Shown here: piece by piece, positions 18,201-29,211 of the stretch
How the letters are laid out: the number at the start of each line of letters is the position of its first letter
Position numbering within the stretch: position 1 is the stretch's first letter
Origin: Sphingobacteriales bacterium
Lineage (GTDB): Bacteria > Bacteroidota > Bacteroidia > Chitinophagales > Chitinophagaceae
Length of the DNA: 64,000 bases
Direction of reading: 5' to 3'
Assembly: GCA_900299255.1 (NCBI GenBank)
Contig: OMJB01000077.1
Coordinates: 8,674 to 72,673, forward strand
Notes under the pieces: generated by a model
What the model saw: only the letters and a program-made list of their open reading frames with translations
The model's database searches: none
What the model was told of the DNA's origin: nothing
Translations under genes and position numbers: made by a program

Positions 18201-19144
18201 TTAAACACATAAGCGCAGGAAACTACAGCACTGTCACCAATGGCAATGTTGCCCACTTTGAAAATGAGGCCAATACCAATATCACCAGGATGATTTACAC
18301 CAACGTTATAATAAGATGTTCCACCAAAAGTAGTATTCATAGCCCAACCCAAAGCAAGATCTGTTGTAACACTCAGGCCCCAGGATGTATATATACAAGC
18401 AACCGCACGGCAATCTTTTGTACACAAAGACAAAGTAGGCAATGTAGAACTGCTGCCTGTAGCTGTAACTTGTACCCTGTGCGCAATGTCATTTTGATAA
18501 TTTACGACATTGTTCGTTGGAAAGCCGCCACCAGGCCATGTCTGATCGTTATCAGGATCACATGACCTCCAGTAATAAACATTGTTGATGATACTTGCCC
18601 CTGTGTTATAGAATTTAGTTGTAAAAACTACAGCACTGGCATTTGTGTCAACACGCGTCTCCTGCTTGATAAGCAGGCTAGCTCCTCCCGGATTGTATGT
18701 ACCGGTCTGGAAACCTTTAGCAACGCCACCAACATTTGAATACGAACTCATCCCTCCGCCTGTCATTGTACCTGCACCAGAATAAGTGAAAGTTAGAGTG
18801 CCGCTTTGGTATGCCTGACAACGAGATCCATTTGCCTGCACCTCCCAGCCTTCAAAAGGGCTACCTGGCAAAGTATAGTCACCCATCATTGGAGGAGAAC
18901 CTACACCCCATCCATCATGGCCGTAGTCATACACTTCAGCAAGTCCGTTTGTAGGAAAACAACCTGCACAATGCGAGTGATAGCCAGCTGGTGGAGGCGG
19001 CGTACCCAACGCACCATTCGGGCATATACCAATTTCGACCCAATGCCCCTGAAGGAAACAATTGGTGCCCACTAATTGCGCATAGGATATATTGCTGCAA
19101 AGTAGGAGCGTAACAAAAACTAAAAAGAGGTATTGTTTTTTCAT
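15284..19144 (-). CDS. giant secreted cell-surface protein with a T9SS type B (gliding motility-associated) C-terminal sorting domain
   Basis: 1286 aa. Signal peptide MKKQYLFLVFVTLLLCSNISYAQ. Many Cys-framed Ig-like modules (e.g. CQGANDTLRLTC...YAWNGPPAYTSSLQNPNI...GDYTVVVTSPYGC). The C-terminus FPNAFTPNGSGPDENNVFKP...RIMNRWGQTIFES...WDGKYNGVPQDMGVYYYVLKY...GDVTLIR matches the type B CTD pattern (TIGR04131-like). Confidence 0.85.
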   Translation of the reverse strand: MKKQYLFLVFVTLLLCSNISYAQLVGTNCFLQGHWVEIGICPNGALGTPPPPAGYHSHCAGCFPTNGLAEVYDYGHDGWGVGSPPMMGDYTLPGSPFEGWEVQANGSRCQAYQSGTLTFTYSGAGTMTGGGMSSYSNVGGVAKGFQTGTYNPGGASLLIKQETRVDTNASAVVFTTKFYNTGASIINNVYYWRSCDPDNDQTWPGGGFPTNNVVNYQNDIAHRVQVTATGSSSTLPTLSLCTKDCRAVACIYTSWGLSVTTDLALGWAMNTTFGGTSYYNVGVNHPGDIGIGLIFKVGNIAIGDSAVVSCAYVFNGVTGLDSVGAFPEPALAIGGSVAVAPAPYPNVVVDTYNACAHPGLTAVPADVLYSDEKAWTWSTWTWSPSLGLAATTGVHNIIYTTVLPPSITYTITGVDAATCQTRTMLLTIISCNNVRANEPCYGDTLFLRRVGDSTGCTYFWYGPGGYTSTQQNPFIYPATYADSAKFFVIRTLSGVSDTDSIAAVVHHKPVITLTNNGPLCQGANDTLRLTCSPGMLGMTYAWNGPPAYTSSLQNPNIAPFVDVDTGDYTVVVTSPYGCKDTATTRARMIPRPLPPVIINQPYYCQGQVYAPYSVTGINPGATVYWWSAPTGGTSSLVAPVYTTAVPGLYIVWASQKDGNCESLRGIDTVRVVTTPLAPVVTGIQDYCQFIGPIVPLTITPSDSAAWYTVSVGGVPTFIEPLPNINVTGTTNYWVSRIDSGCEGPRTPTSFTIHPKPAPPVVTPTPWCQYRTPGPIQVAPSGAGDVLTYYGPGVTSGYPTAPTPSSSVAPDTILYYITETTVPWGCISDSAVDKVVIKLKPEPPVTHDIRYCQHDFARPLNERVDSEFHSHLNWYFNSIALQPSPKPFTDTVPGFTTWWVSQTVPNDATGCESDSAALRVEVVYKPDFIINAGKPWVCQFDSLQMAYQGPALFEPGYNWTLPNGVHFAGNSNAGDSMITVRFDSVDQNNYITLRASDDSGFCYSDAQIRIKVVPQPTMIAYTKQDVCLGDTVELSLVSRSDDAYTYKWFIDNVIMDASTALSIVTSNSNTGGPYSISWVDSGRHVIKITSSSAEGCKSLPTFDTVLVHTSPDPGFSISSQHPHGICLEDSVEFTARINNLNYSYVWGPEHDFNNLNQATAWGKMEEVKNVITLKVTDPFGCYATTSMDVDAGSCCLIAFPNAFTPNGSGPDENNVFKPYVAGYHRFHLFRIMNRWGQTIFESANSSVMGWDGKYNGVPQDMGVYYYVLKYDCGGKTLEQKGDVTLIR

Positions 19145-19380
19145 AATCGTAATATTATCGTATTGGCGTATTCTTAAAATTCTGACTCAACTTTTATTGT
19201 AAATCGGGTTATAAATTTACTCGATTTTCTGTAAAATACTAAATTTTCCTTGCCTACAAATAAAATTAATTTCTTTTATTAATTATTGGTTGCAAATTAA
19301 GGATATATGTCACTTTAACATAACCTTAGATAATATAAGACAGCGATATTATTGCCGGGGTTGGCATCCTTTTAATATAT

Positions 19381-22300
19381 TTATCTTAGCAATGTTACGT
19401 TGCCCTGATGGCTTTCTTTCTGGCCATCTTTAAATGCAGCACTTATTTCATACACATAGACTCCCTCAGGCTGATCCTTGCCATTGAACTTTCCGTCCCA
19501 GCCAGCTCCATTGAGGCTGGATGTTTCAAAAACTAACTGTCCCCAGCGGTTATAAATCTCCATTTTAAAGCTGGTAAGCCCTTTTGTTAGATATTGGCGT
19601 GGAAAGAAATAATCATTGGACCCGTCACCGTTTGGTGTAAATACATTGGGGATATTCATATAGCAATCGTTTTTAACCCAAATTGAGTCCGATGCTTCAC
19701 ATCCGTCAATAATTACTTTTAGCCCGTAGTGGCCAGGGGCAACAACCGATATAAAAGGTGTAGTCTGGCCGGTAGACCATTTCCACCTTGCAGCACTGTT
19801 GCTGGCATTGAAATTGTCTCCAATCCTCAGGGCAATACTGCCGGGGCAGATTGAAGTATCACCGCCCAGATAAATATTTGGCGACGGGAATAAATTAATA
19901 ACTCTTGAAGTTGCGGGCTCTTTGCACACCCTATAATGTGCAACTACCGAAACGGTGAACTGCCCCGTGGCGTCGTAGGAATGGACAACCGGATTGAGAT
20001 TAATTATACTGTCTCCGTCGCCAAAATACCAGGATACACCCGTATTGCCGATACCGGTATAAATTCCGTTAAATGTAACCGAGGTGCTGCGGCACAAAAC
20101 ACTGTCTGACACCTGTATGCTCACCGGGCTCAGTGAGTCAACCTGTACTATAGCAGTTGCCGTATCGTGGCAAGGCACAAAATCGGTTGCTATCAGCTGT
20201 ACTTTATATGTACCCGAATTATTGAATGCATAACTGGGATTCATCAGATTTGATGCGGCTCCGTTGCCAAAAGACCATGCATATGAAAGGCCTGTACCAA
20301 AGGAGTAATTGGAAAAGCTCACGGGATCTTTCTGGCAGACGATAGAAGGCGTATCTGTAAACTGTGCACGCAAAGGGTGCAACAGAGAATCCTTCAGCTT
20401 AAAGCTATCCAGGCAATATAAATTAGTAGCAACCAGCGTAACGGTATAAACTCCCTGGGCAAAAATGTGGCTTGGATTCGTTGCGGTATCTGTGTGGCCA
20501 TCACCAAAATGCCAAACATAATACAAGGCCCCGGTTGAGGTTGAAGAGTTGAAATAAAATACTGTATCACCGTTACATCCATAATGAACTACATCGCTGA
20601 AACCTGCCGTGAGTGGCGGATCAACCAGAATGGCACTACCAACAACAGGCGAAAGGCACGGGCCGATTTTATTTGTGAATGCAGTATAGTTGCCGCTGCA
20701 CAAGCCATCCATATGGAGTGTACTGTCGGGGTAACCAATCAAAACCATAGGAGGTTGTACCAAACCATTGCGGGTATAAAAAACTGAATCAACTGAGCCG
20801 GGAGGCACACCGTGAATGATGATGGACCCATCGCAGTAACCACACTGAGTTGGGTTGGAAAATGAAGTAATGAAAAATACAGGTGGAGGAGGCGCCGTAA
20901 GTGTGAACGGCCCAACAGGCGGTGTAGTGCAACTGCCAAAGGAAGCAACGATATTATTATAAATACCCTCACACAGGCCGATCAATGTTACTGTACCCGT
21001 GCCACTGCTGATGGTGGAAACCGGCGGCTGGGCTACACCGTTAAAACTATAGTTTATGGTAAACGCATGGCTGCTGTAAAGCCCATGGAGCACCAGAATT
21101 CCGTCACATACGCCACATGCTGTAGGGTTTGTCGGGGTGACGCTGCTGATAGAAATCGGAGGGTCGAAAAGCGTGTACGGCCCTGCGGGCGGAGTAATGC
21201 AGGCTCCATAGGAAGCAACAATGTTATCGTAGATGCCAGCACACAAACCAGTCAGTGTAATAGTTCCTGAAGAAGATGTTGATGTAGCCACAGGGGGCTG
21301 TGGTGTACCATTGTAGTTATAACTTACTGTAAATACATGGCTGGGATAGAGGCCATGAATGACCAGCTGCCCGTCGCACGCGCCGCACCGGGTCGGGTTG
21401 GCCGTTGAAACACTTGCTATAGCAATGGGAGGGTCTGTCAGCGTAACCGTTTGCGGCAACGAAATACATCCGCCCTGCCTTGCGATAATGTTGGTATATG
21501 ATCCCGCACAAAGCCCGGAAATAGTAATAGTACCTCCACCCGACACTGTGGCTATAACCGGCGGCTGAGCTATACCACCGTAATCGTAATTTACAGTATC
21601 CACCCGCCCCGGAGTAAGGCCATGAACAGTGATTGTACCATCACAGGCACCGCATATTGTTGGATTGGTAGACGTTGTGGTAATTACTATTGAACCTGTC
21701 GGGTTAACAGTGTAATAGCCAAAAGAAGTGTCAGCGCATCCCAGGGCCCCGGCTTTGTAGGTTGTTCTTGTTGTTGGGCAGACAGCAATTGAACTTCCCG
21801 TACCCAGATAGGCACCGGTGGAGGCATTATACCAGTAAATAGCGGAAGACTGATAAGGGATTGGTGCATACGGTATAGACGCTACAGTGTAAGTAACCCC
21901 TCCGCCTACGAGCGGAATGGGCGTAAAGCGCCATGCCTCTGTAGGTGGAATTGTCCATACTGACGGATAGTCACGGCCCGGTGCTGTTACGGCATCTGTT
22001 CCGGCTGCATTCTGTACACCCACAATCGCATAGCCTCCATTCCAGGTTGCACATACCGGCTTCTCGGATATATGTACCTCAATTATGTTGGTCGTTTCGT
22101 ACAGAATAATCTGAGTTGTAGTATGCTGAGTACCGCAGGAGAACATACTGCACCCGCACCACGATACCACAAACTTTCTGAAAGGTGCAGCACCATCCGT
22201 CGAATACTTTTCAGACCCAACTGCAGGCCCGGTATAAAAGATATCTATGTCGCACCAAGGCCCGCATATATTGTTCTTTTTACTTGGGTTGCCCAGCAAT

Positions 22301-22620
22301 GGAGCCGTTATGGGCCATGGGTCAACGCCGCCGGCATCACCTACGTTAAAATCAAGTGTACCATTTGCACCAAGTACAACCTGAGTATAATTGACTCCGT
22401 AAAAATTAAAAGGAAACCCAATGGAATGCAGCCCGGAATAAATATCGTCAGAGGTAACACCGGCATCAATAGGCGTATCACCTACAACTACCGCATTCAG
22501 CGTGGTACACAATACAGTGCAACTCAAAGTGTCACTGCTATAAACTGTAACCTGTGAAAATGACTGATGCGACAATAACAAAATAGCCACTATCAGCATC
22601 CGTGTAAAAAATCTGCTCAT
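19381..22620 (-). CDS. giant secreted protein with SprB-like Cys repeats, PKD domains and a T9SS type B C-terminal sorting domain
   Basis: 1079 aa. Signal peptide. Four ~90-aa repeats each carrying CG(A/V/Y)CDG...HG. Three PKD-like units (WHFGDGHTDTATNPSHIF..GVYTVTLVA; WSFGNGAASNLMNPSYAF..GTYKVQLIA; WYFGDGDSIINLNPVVHSY..GQFTVSVVA). CTD: IPNVFTPNGDGSNDYFFP...IYNRWGQLVFE...WDGKFNGKDQPEGVYVYEI...GNVTLLR. Confidence 0.85.
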   Translation of the reverse strand: MSRFFTRMLIVAILLLSHQSFSQVTVYSSDTLSCTVLCTTLNAVVVGDTPIDAGVTSDDIYSGLHSIGFPFNFYGVNYTQVVLGANGTLDFNVGDAGGVDPWPITAPLLGNPSKKNNICGPWCDIDIFYTGPAVGSEKYSTDGAAPFRKFVVSWCGCSMFSCGTQHTTTQIILYETTNIIEVHISEKPVCATWNGGYAIVGVQNAAGTDAVTAPGRDYPSVWTIPPTEAWRFTPIPLVGGGVTYTVASIPYAPIPYQSSAIYWYNASTGAYLGTGSSIAVCPTTRTTYKAGALGCADTSFGYYTVNPTGSIVITTTSTNPTICGACDGTITVHGLTPGRVDTVNYDYGGIAQPPVIATVSGGGTITISGLCAGSYTNIIARQGGCISLPQTVTLTDPPIAIASVSTANPTRCGACDGQLVIHGLYPSHVFTVSYNYNGTPQPPVATSTSSSGTITLTGLCAGIYDNIVASYGACITPPAGPYTLFDPPISISSVTPTNPTACGVCDGILVLHGLYSSHAFTINYSFNGVAQPPVSTISSGTGTVTLIGLCEGIYNNIVASFGSCTTPPVGPFTLTAPPPPVFFITSFSNPTQCGYCDGSIIIHGVPPGSVDSVFYTRNGLVQPPMVLIGYPDSTLHMDGLCSGNYTAFTNKIGPCLSPVVGSAILVDPPLTAGFSDVVHYGCNGDTVFYFNSSTSTGALYYVWHFGDGHTDTATNPSHIFAQGVYTVTLVATNLYCLDSFKLKDSLLHPLRAQFTDTPSIVCQKDPVSFSNYSFGTGLSYAWSFGNGAASNLMNPSYAFNNSGTYKVQLIATDFVPCHDTATAIVQVDSLSPVSIQVSDSVLCRSTSVTFNGIYTGIGNTGVSWYFGDGDSIINLNPVVHSYDATGQFTVSVVAHYRVCKEPATSRVINLFPSPNIYLGGDTSICPGSIALRIGDNFNASNSAARWKWSTGQTTPFISVVAPGHYGLKVIIDGCEASDSIWVKNDCYMNIPNVFTPNGDGSNDYFFPRQYLTKGLTSFKMEIYNRWGQLVFETSSLNGAGWDGKFNGKDQPEGVYVYEISAAFKDGQKESHQGNVTLLR
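20617..21696 (-). repeat. four tandem ~270-nt (about 90-aa) coding repeats inside the 1079-aa gene
   Basis: Residues ~309-668. Each unit contains NPT.CG.CDG.(I/L)..HG(L/V)......(T/S).(N/S/F)Y..(G/N)G..QPP........G(T).T(L/I).GLC.G.Y.N(I/A)......G.C..P. The units diverge at the DNA level. Confidence 0.7.
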
Positions 22621-22759
22621 AAACTTCTGCTTACTACATTAAAAGACGCCTTTATTTTGAAAATGGTTTGTAATATTACTAAAAAATAGCGAATATTTAA
22701 TGCCTCTTTTTAAAACAGCTGCAGAATAGAAAAGAGTATCCTTATTTGATAAAATTGCA

Positions 22760-23263
22760 TTATTTTCTTTTAAATACCGGCACTGTAGAACAGGGTTCTC
22801 CATACATCAAAGACTTTACGACAGGAAGCAGGTGCTGCGTTGCAGCCACATATGCTGCCTCGGGTATGTGTGTATCACCACACCCCTTTAATACTACCCT
22901 TTTGCCTTCATACTCATTAGCGTCTATTGCAGCTATCCGTTTTTCTATGATCACCTTTATTAACTCGGTAGGAGTACCAAAATACACAGAAGCTGCAATG
23001 TTCTGCAGGTAGAATACAGCCAGCATGTAGGCCCACACAGGCACAATAGCATCTGCCGTGCAGTAAATTGCTACGTGCCTGCCCGAAAACTGCTGCCAGT
23101 CGTACTCAGCCAATGCAGCCCTGTAGTCTTTTTCCCTGAGTATCATTTCACGAAACAAGAACGGCCTGATATCAAAAGCAGCAATTGTATCTCCGGGAAT
23201 GAAAGGAGCGAGGTCAAGTGTCACAATACCACTTTCGGCAACTTTGTTAATTATGGTTTCCAT
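22760..23263 (-). CDS. DUF2480-family protein
   Basis: The ORF-track reading starts at 23323, but I prefer the ATG at 23263 (METIINKVAESGIVTLDLAPFIPGD...). The N-terminal pattern and the C-terminal ...GEPCSTVPVFKRK match my recollection of the Bacteroidota DUF2480 family. Confidence 0.65.
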   Translation of the reverse strand: METIINKVAESGIVTLDLAPFIPGDTIAAFDIRPFLFREMILREKDYRAALAEYDWQQFSGRHVAIYCTADAIVPVWAYMLAVFYLQNIAASVYFGTPTELIKVIIEKRIAAIDANEYEGKRVVLKGCGDTHIPEAAYVAATQHLLPVVKSLMYGEPCSTVPVFKRK

Positions 23264-23362
23264 ATTTATGCAAAAATACGATAATTGGATATCCTCATAA
23301 AAAAACAAACTCCGATAGCGCAATCAGCAATATTGATTAGGCCGCAAGCAGCAGGGGGTAAA

Positions 23363-23387
23363 CTAAAAAGAGCCGCGATTGCGGCTC
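23363..23387 (-). terminator. intrinsic terminator after the 23410-24489 gene
   Basis: The minus strand reads GAGCCGC-aatc-GCGGCTC followed by TTTTT. Confidence 0.7.
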
Positions 23388-23409
23388 TCAAATAATAAAA
23401 AAATTTTTA

Positions 23410-24489
23410 TCAATGGTATTCGTACTGAAACTTGATATTTTGGGTAACGGTATTTTTCAATGTACTGTCTTTTGTGATTACAGTTTCGTTGGTTACCTTA
23501 CTGTCTGCATCTATTGTATATGAGATGCTAGTTTTGTTGTATGAAGAAGTGATAGACGCAATCATATGCTTATTAGGGTAAATATTCACACCATAGGTGG
23601 TAAAAGACCCCAATTGCAGATAGTCGCAAGGCCTGTTTGCCCAAAAATCATAGAAATCATAAAACTGCTTTGCTGAATATCCTGCAGGCCAATACCCGGT
23701 ACGGAGAATATTTCCGTCAAAATCAACAGCGTTTACCGTTATTTTATCTTCAAAAAAACCACTGATCTGATCAGCAAAACCATTTAGCACTTTTGCAGTA
23801 GTAGTTGGCACCAAACCCGGAGTTGTTACGGCATAAGAAACCGATAACGGCAGCACTACACCTGTATCGCGGTATTTGTATGGTGGCGGTGCAATATAAG
23901 GCACAACAGCACTATCAGGGAACTTAACAGCAATATTTCCATCGAAGAAACGATAGTGCATATCGGCTGCATCAGATGAATAAGTGAGTTTACCGGTAAG
24001 CGTTGTATTCGTGTCACGATAGGTTACAAATTCGGTGGCCAGCAATGCTCCGAAATAAGTGAAATTGTGTACTTCGTTTGGAAAATAAGCGTCCTTAATC
24101 TGCCCGCTGATGTTGAGGATAAATGTATCTTTCTCCATTACCTGATTGGTACTCAGGTCTGTGTGTTTCTTGAAGATGGTATCTTGTACATATGTAAAAT
24201 CCATTCTCATCATTGCCCTTCCCGCATGTACTTTGTTTGAGTCATTTGAAGTAAAGAATATCCGGGAAACCCTGTTGTTACCGTCATATTCAAACCTGTA
24301 ATTCTCAGTAATCAGCTGCACAGGCATAATAGGCGCAACCATATTGGTAGATATGATAGTAGTGTAACTAAGAAGCCTGTAATTTTCAGAAGTAGGATTG
24401 GTTGGGTGAATTTCTTTCTTGCACGATGTGTAAGTAAGCAGGAAAGCCCCCATCACAACAGCAAGTAAAAGTAAAAACGATCTTTTCAT
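23410..24489 (-). CDS. hypothetical lipoprotein
   Basis: The preferred start (ATG at 24489) gives MKRSFLLLLAVVMGAFLLTYTSCKKE (lipobox). Rich in Y/T/F, beta-type composition. No recognised domain. Confidence 0.6.
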   Translation of the reverse strand: MKRSFLLLLAVVMGAFLLTYTSCKKEIHPTNPTSENYRLLSYTTIISTNMVAPIMPVQLITENYRFEYDGNNRVSRIFFTSNDSNKVHAGRAMMRMDFTYVQDTIFKKHTDLSTNQVMEKDTFILNISGQIKDAYFPNEVHNFTYFGALLATEFVTYRDTNTTLTGKLTYSSDAADMHYRFFDGNIAVKFPDSAVVPYIAPPPYKYRDTGVVLPLSVSYAVTTPGLVPTTTAKVLNGFADQISGFFEDKITVNAVDFDGNILRTGYWPAGYSAKQFYDFYDFWANRPCDYLQLGSFTTYGVNIYPNKHMIASITSSYNKTSISYTIDADSKVTNETVITKDSTLKNTVTQNIKFQYEYH

Positions 24490-24630
24490 ACAGGCAATTT
24501 TAATCATTATCTGGTCAAAAATAGTAAATAGAAATCAATATTCAATAGGTATCTTAAGCCCCAAAACCCTGAAAACAGCAAAAATGCAATATTATCCGCG
24601 GCACCTGCCACAGGAATACGGACTGAAAAG

Positions 24631-26070
24631 TTACTTGATCAGCTTCACAAATTCAATCATCATTTTCGCAAAGTCATCTACATGGTTCAGAGACAATTCC
24701 CTCGACCTGTCCAGCACATCGTGATAATAACCCGGGCCACCATTTGAATAATAGAAGAAAGATGGCACGCCAGCCTGTGAAAAATAATAATGGTCACTGT
24801 TTGCCGCCGAGCCCCTGCTTTTGATTTCCGGCAGGTATTTATCACGGTTATTCAGTTGCTGCAACAGGTCGAACTGCTGGGGAAAAACGGTTGCATTTAC
24901 TACTGTAACGCCATTGGTTGCATCACCCATAATATCTATGTTATTGAGGAATTTTATTTTCTTGAGCGGCACCATGGGGTGCGCCACAAAGAACTCCGAG
25001 CCCATCAGTGACGCTTCTTCACCTGCAAATGCTATAAACAGCATCGAATAATGCTGGGGATGTTTGGCAAAATACGCCGCCAGGTAAATAAGGACAGCCA
25101 CCCCGCTTGCATTATCGCTGGCACCCGGAAAATAAGTAGTATCTCCCATCATACCCAGATGGTCATAGTGAGCTGAAAAAACGATGTATGAGTCGGCCAC
25201 TTCACCAGGTACCTGCGCCACAATATTTTCACTGCGTGTGCGCGGCTGAAATAATGCGTCAGCTTTAACCGTTATTTTTCTGATTTTACGGGGCATTATT
25301 TCCCTGTCCATGTAAAACACGGTAGCAGCAATAGTTTCGCGGCTCACAGACCATGTAAGTTTACCGTTTTCCGGAATAATATAACAGCCCTTGGGCAATG
25401 TTGCGGCAAACTGGCTTTTGCGAATGTGAAGTACCTGCGTGCAAAAAGAATCCAGATTTTCCAACAGATACACCTGCCCCTCAGTAAAAGTGAGCATTTG
25501 CTGTTTCCATACCATCGAATCCTTTATATAGTTCAGGTCTACCACCTTAACCTGTAAATTCTCGCCGGAATAGGAAGGGCTGGATGGATCAATTAGAAAA
25601 TCTACACCGGCTGTCAACGAGTCTCCGTTTACACTGATAAACATTTTGCCGGGGAAAGTATTTACTGGAAATGCAAAAGCCTGAGCCCAGGGCCCGTCTG
25701 GTTTTACCGGTTTAAGTTTATATTGCCTGAATTGCTTCAGTATGTACTTTGCAGCTGAATCCCGCCCACCGAGTACATAGCCTCTGCCATGCATATAGTG
25801 AGAGGAAAGTATTTCAATTTGCTTTTTAATCCACCTTTTCTGTACTTCCGCTTTTTCCCTTGCCTTTTTGAGGCCTTCAGTAAGATCATGATGGGTAGTA
25901 TCCTGAACAATGTGATGCACAGTATCAACAAATGTATTCACCGGCAGCGTAGTATCATACGAAGTATAATCACGTACAGTACTATCCGGCTTGGACTCAA
26001 CTTGCGCTTGCGCATTGGCGCAAACCAGTATGAAAATCAAAACCCAAAAAGTTGAAAACCTATGCATCAT
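24631..26070 (-). CDS. M28-family zinc aminopeptidase
   Basis: SAHYDHLGMMGDTTYFPGASDNASGVAVLIYLAAYF and FIAFAGEEASLMGSEFF are the M28 metal-ligand blocks. The preferred start gives the signal peptide MMHRFSTFWVLIFILVCANAQAQ. Confidence 0.85.
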   Translation of the reverse strand: MMHRFSTFWVLIFILVCANAQAQVESKPDSTVRDYTSYDTTLPVNTFVDTVHHIVQDTTHHDLTEGLKKAREKAEVQKRWIKKQIEILSSHYMHGRGYVLGGRDSAAKYILKQFRQYKLKPVKPDGPWAQAFAFPVNTFPGKMFISVNGDSLTAGVDFLIDPSSPSYSGENLQVKVVDLNYIKDSMVWKQQMLTFTEGQVYLLENLDSFCTQVLHIRKSQFAATLPKGCYIIPENGKLTWSVSRETIAATVFYMDREIMPRKIRKITVKADALFQPRTRSENIVAQVPGEVADSYIVFSAHYDHLGMMGDTTYFPGASDNASGVAVLIYLAAYFAKHPQHYSMLFIAFAGEEASLMGSEFFVAHPMVPLKKIKFLNNIDIMGDATNGVTVVNATVFPQQFDLLQQLNNRDKYLPEIKSRGSAANSDHYYFSQAGVPSFFYYSNGGPGYYHDVLDRSRELSLNHVDDFAKMMIEFVKLIK

Positions 26071-26301
26071 GTAAGCGGTAAAATTAAACACTAATGAGAA
26101 AAAATCATCAGGAAGGCATTGCAAAGTACTTATTTTGCAGTTATTGCCTATATATCAACGGCTCACTTTAGCGATTGCTTCTTAAAAAACTATCATATGG
26201 AGTGATTTCCCTGTAAAATGCATCTTGTTTTTACATTGAAAACGAGTTTTAGCGCCTGCTTTTATTGCAATTATTTTGTTGTTTCGCGCGCATTTTTTGG
26301 C

Positions 26302-26309
26302 TATCTTTG
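26302..26309 (+). promoter_or_regulatory. candidate -7 promoter box (TAnnTTTG) upstream of gyrB
   Basis: TATCTTTG lies ~96 nt upstream of the gyrB start. A TTTG at 26275-26278 is 23 nt upstream, slightly longer than the canonical spacing. Confidence 0.3.
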
Positions 26310-26371
26310 TAAGGTTAAAAAAATCTGTTTGAACACAGGTTCAGCCACATTTCTTAAAGTGGTGCTTTTAG

Positions 26372-28387
<2,016 letters not shown>

Positions 28388-28410
28388 AACAGTTTTATAC
28401 CAATTTTAAA

Positions 28411-28446
28411 AGCGATGCCTTGAACAATCAATGCATCGCTTTTTTG
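28411..28446 (+). terminator. intrinsic terminator after gyrB
   Basis: AGCGATGC-(14 nt)-GCATCGCT followed by TTTTT. Confidence 0.75.
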
Positions 28447-28612
28447 CATTAAAAATCAAATTTATTTAAAGCACCCGGTTACATTTGCTTAACATTTGCG
28501 AAAAATACGTTACCTTCGTAATAGTATGTTTAAAGATTAAAATAATATATTCAACATTGTTATTACAATCGCGTTCGTACTTAATTTAGTGGAATCTAAA
28601 TCTATTCGCAAA

Positions 28613-29108
28613 ATGAAGGGCAGTTTTATAAACGATAATGAAACAGATCGTATTGCTGCGCTTTATCAACTGCATATTTTAGATACGCCACCCGAAGAAG
28701 ATTTTGATGATATTGCCGAATTGGCAGCGCAGATCTGCGATGCACCGGTTTCAATAAATTGCGTTTGAAGACAACAACCGGTATTGGTTTAAAGCCCGGT
28801 ATGGCATCAACATTTCAGAGTCAATAAAAAAAGAGTCTCTTTGCTGTGGCAATATCGATAAAGACGAAGTATACATTATTGACGACTGTCAGAAAGACGC
28901 AAAATATGCAAATAATATTTTTGTATCCGGGCCGGCCAATATCCGTTTTTTTGCCGCAATAGCACTCATCAATGAGGAAAACCAGTTGCTGGGGTATTTG
29001 TGTGTTATGGATCGGCAACCCCGGCACTTAACAGGCCAGCAGATTTCCGGGTTAAAAAAACTATCAAAACAGGTAGTTAACTTATTAAAATTAAGAAACA
29101 CTATCTAA
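28613..29108 (+). pseudogene. stand-alone GAF-domain protein interrupted by a +1 frameshift (not in the ORF track)
   Basis: Frame 1 from ATG 28613: MKGSFINDNETDRIAALYQLHILDTPPEEDFDDIAELAAQICDAPVSINCV, stop at 28766-28768. The +1 frame from 28758: IAFEDNNRYWFKARYGINISESIKKESLCCGNIDKDEVYIIDDCQKDAKYANNIFVSGPANIRFFAAIALINEENQLLGYLCVMDRQPRHLTGQQISGLKKLSKQVVNLLKLRNTI, stop at 29106-29108. Joined, they match the common E.(E)R(I/L)AAL..Y.ILDTPPE..FD.I..LAA.IC..P..(L/I)...D..R.WFK family. Confidence 0.7.
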
Positions 29109-29155
29109 CAATTAGTCCACTTTAGTTTGACTACATACAATGAGGCAAACGTAAT

Positions 29156-29194
29156 AAATGAAATGCGGCAGGGGTCTCCTGCCGCATTTCATTT
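29156..29194. terminator. bidirectional terminator, 17-bp perfect stem
   Basis: AAATGAAATGCGGCAGG-ggtct-CCTGCCGCATTTCATTT, between the GAF gene (+) and the lipoprotein gene (-). Confidence 0.8.
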
Positions 29195-29211
29195 ATAGTA
29201 ACCTGTAATGC

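Noticed and set aside
23410-24489. The 365-aa protein upstream of the T9SS type B cargo pair was considered as the missing PorP/SprF partner.
   Set aside because: It has a lipobox (TYTSCKKE) and lacks the conserved PorP/SprF N-terminal block as I remember it. It is also upstream of the cargo genes, not downstream. A profile search is still needed.
28478-28500. A direct repeat ACATTTGC...ACATTTGC lies upstream of the GAF gene, and one copy (28480-28487) matches TAnnTTTG.
   Set aside because: It is too short and isolated to separate a promoter or operator from chance. I note it only as a possible -7 box.
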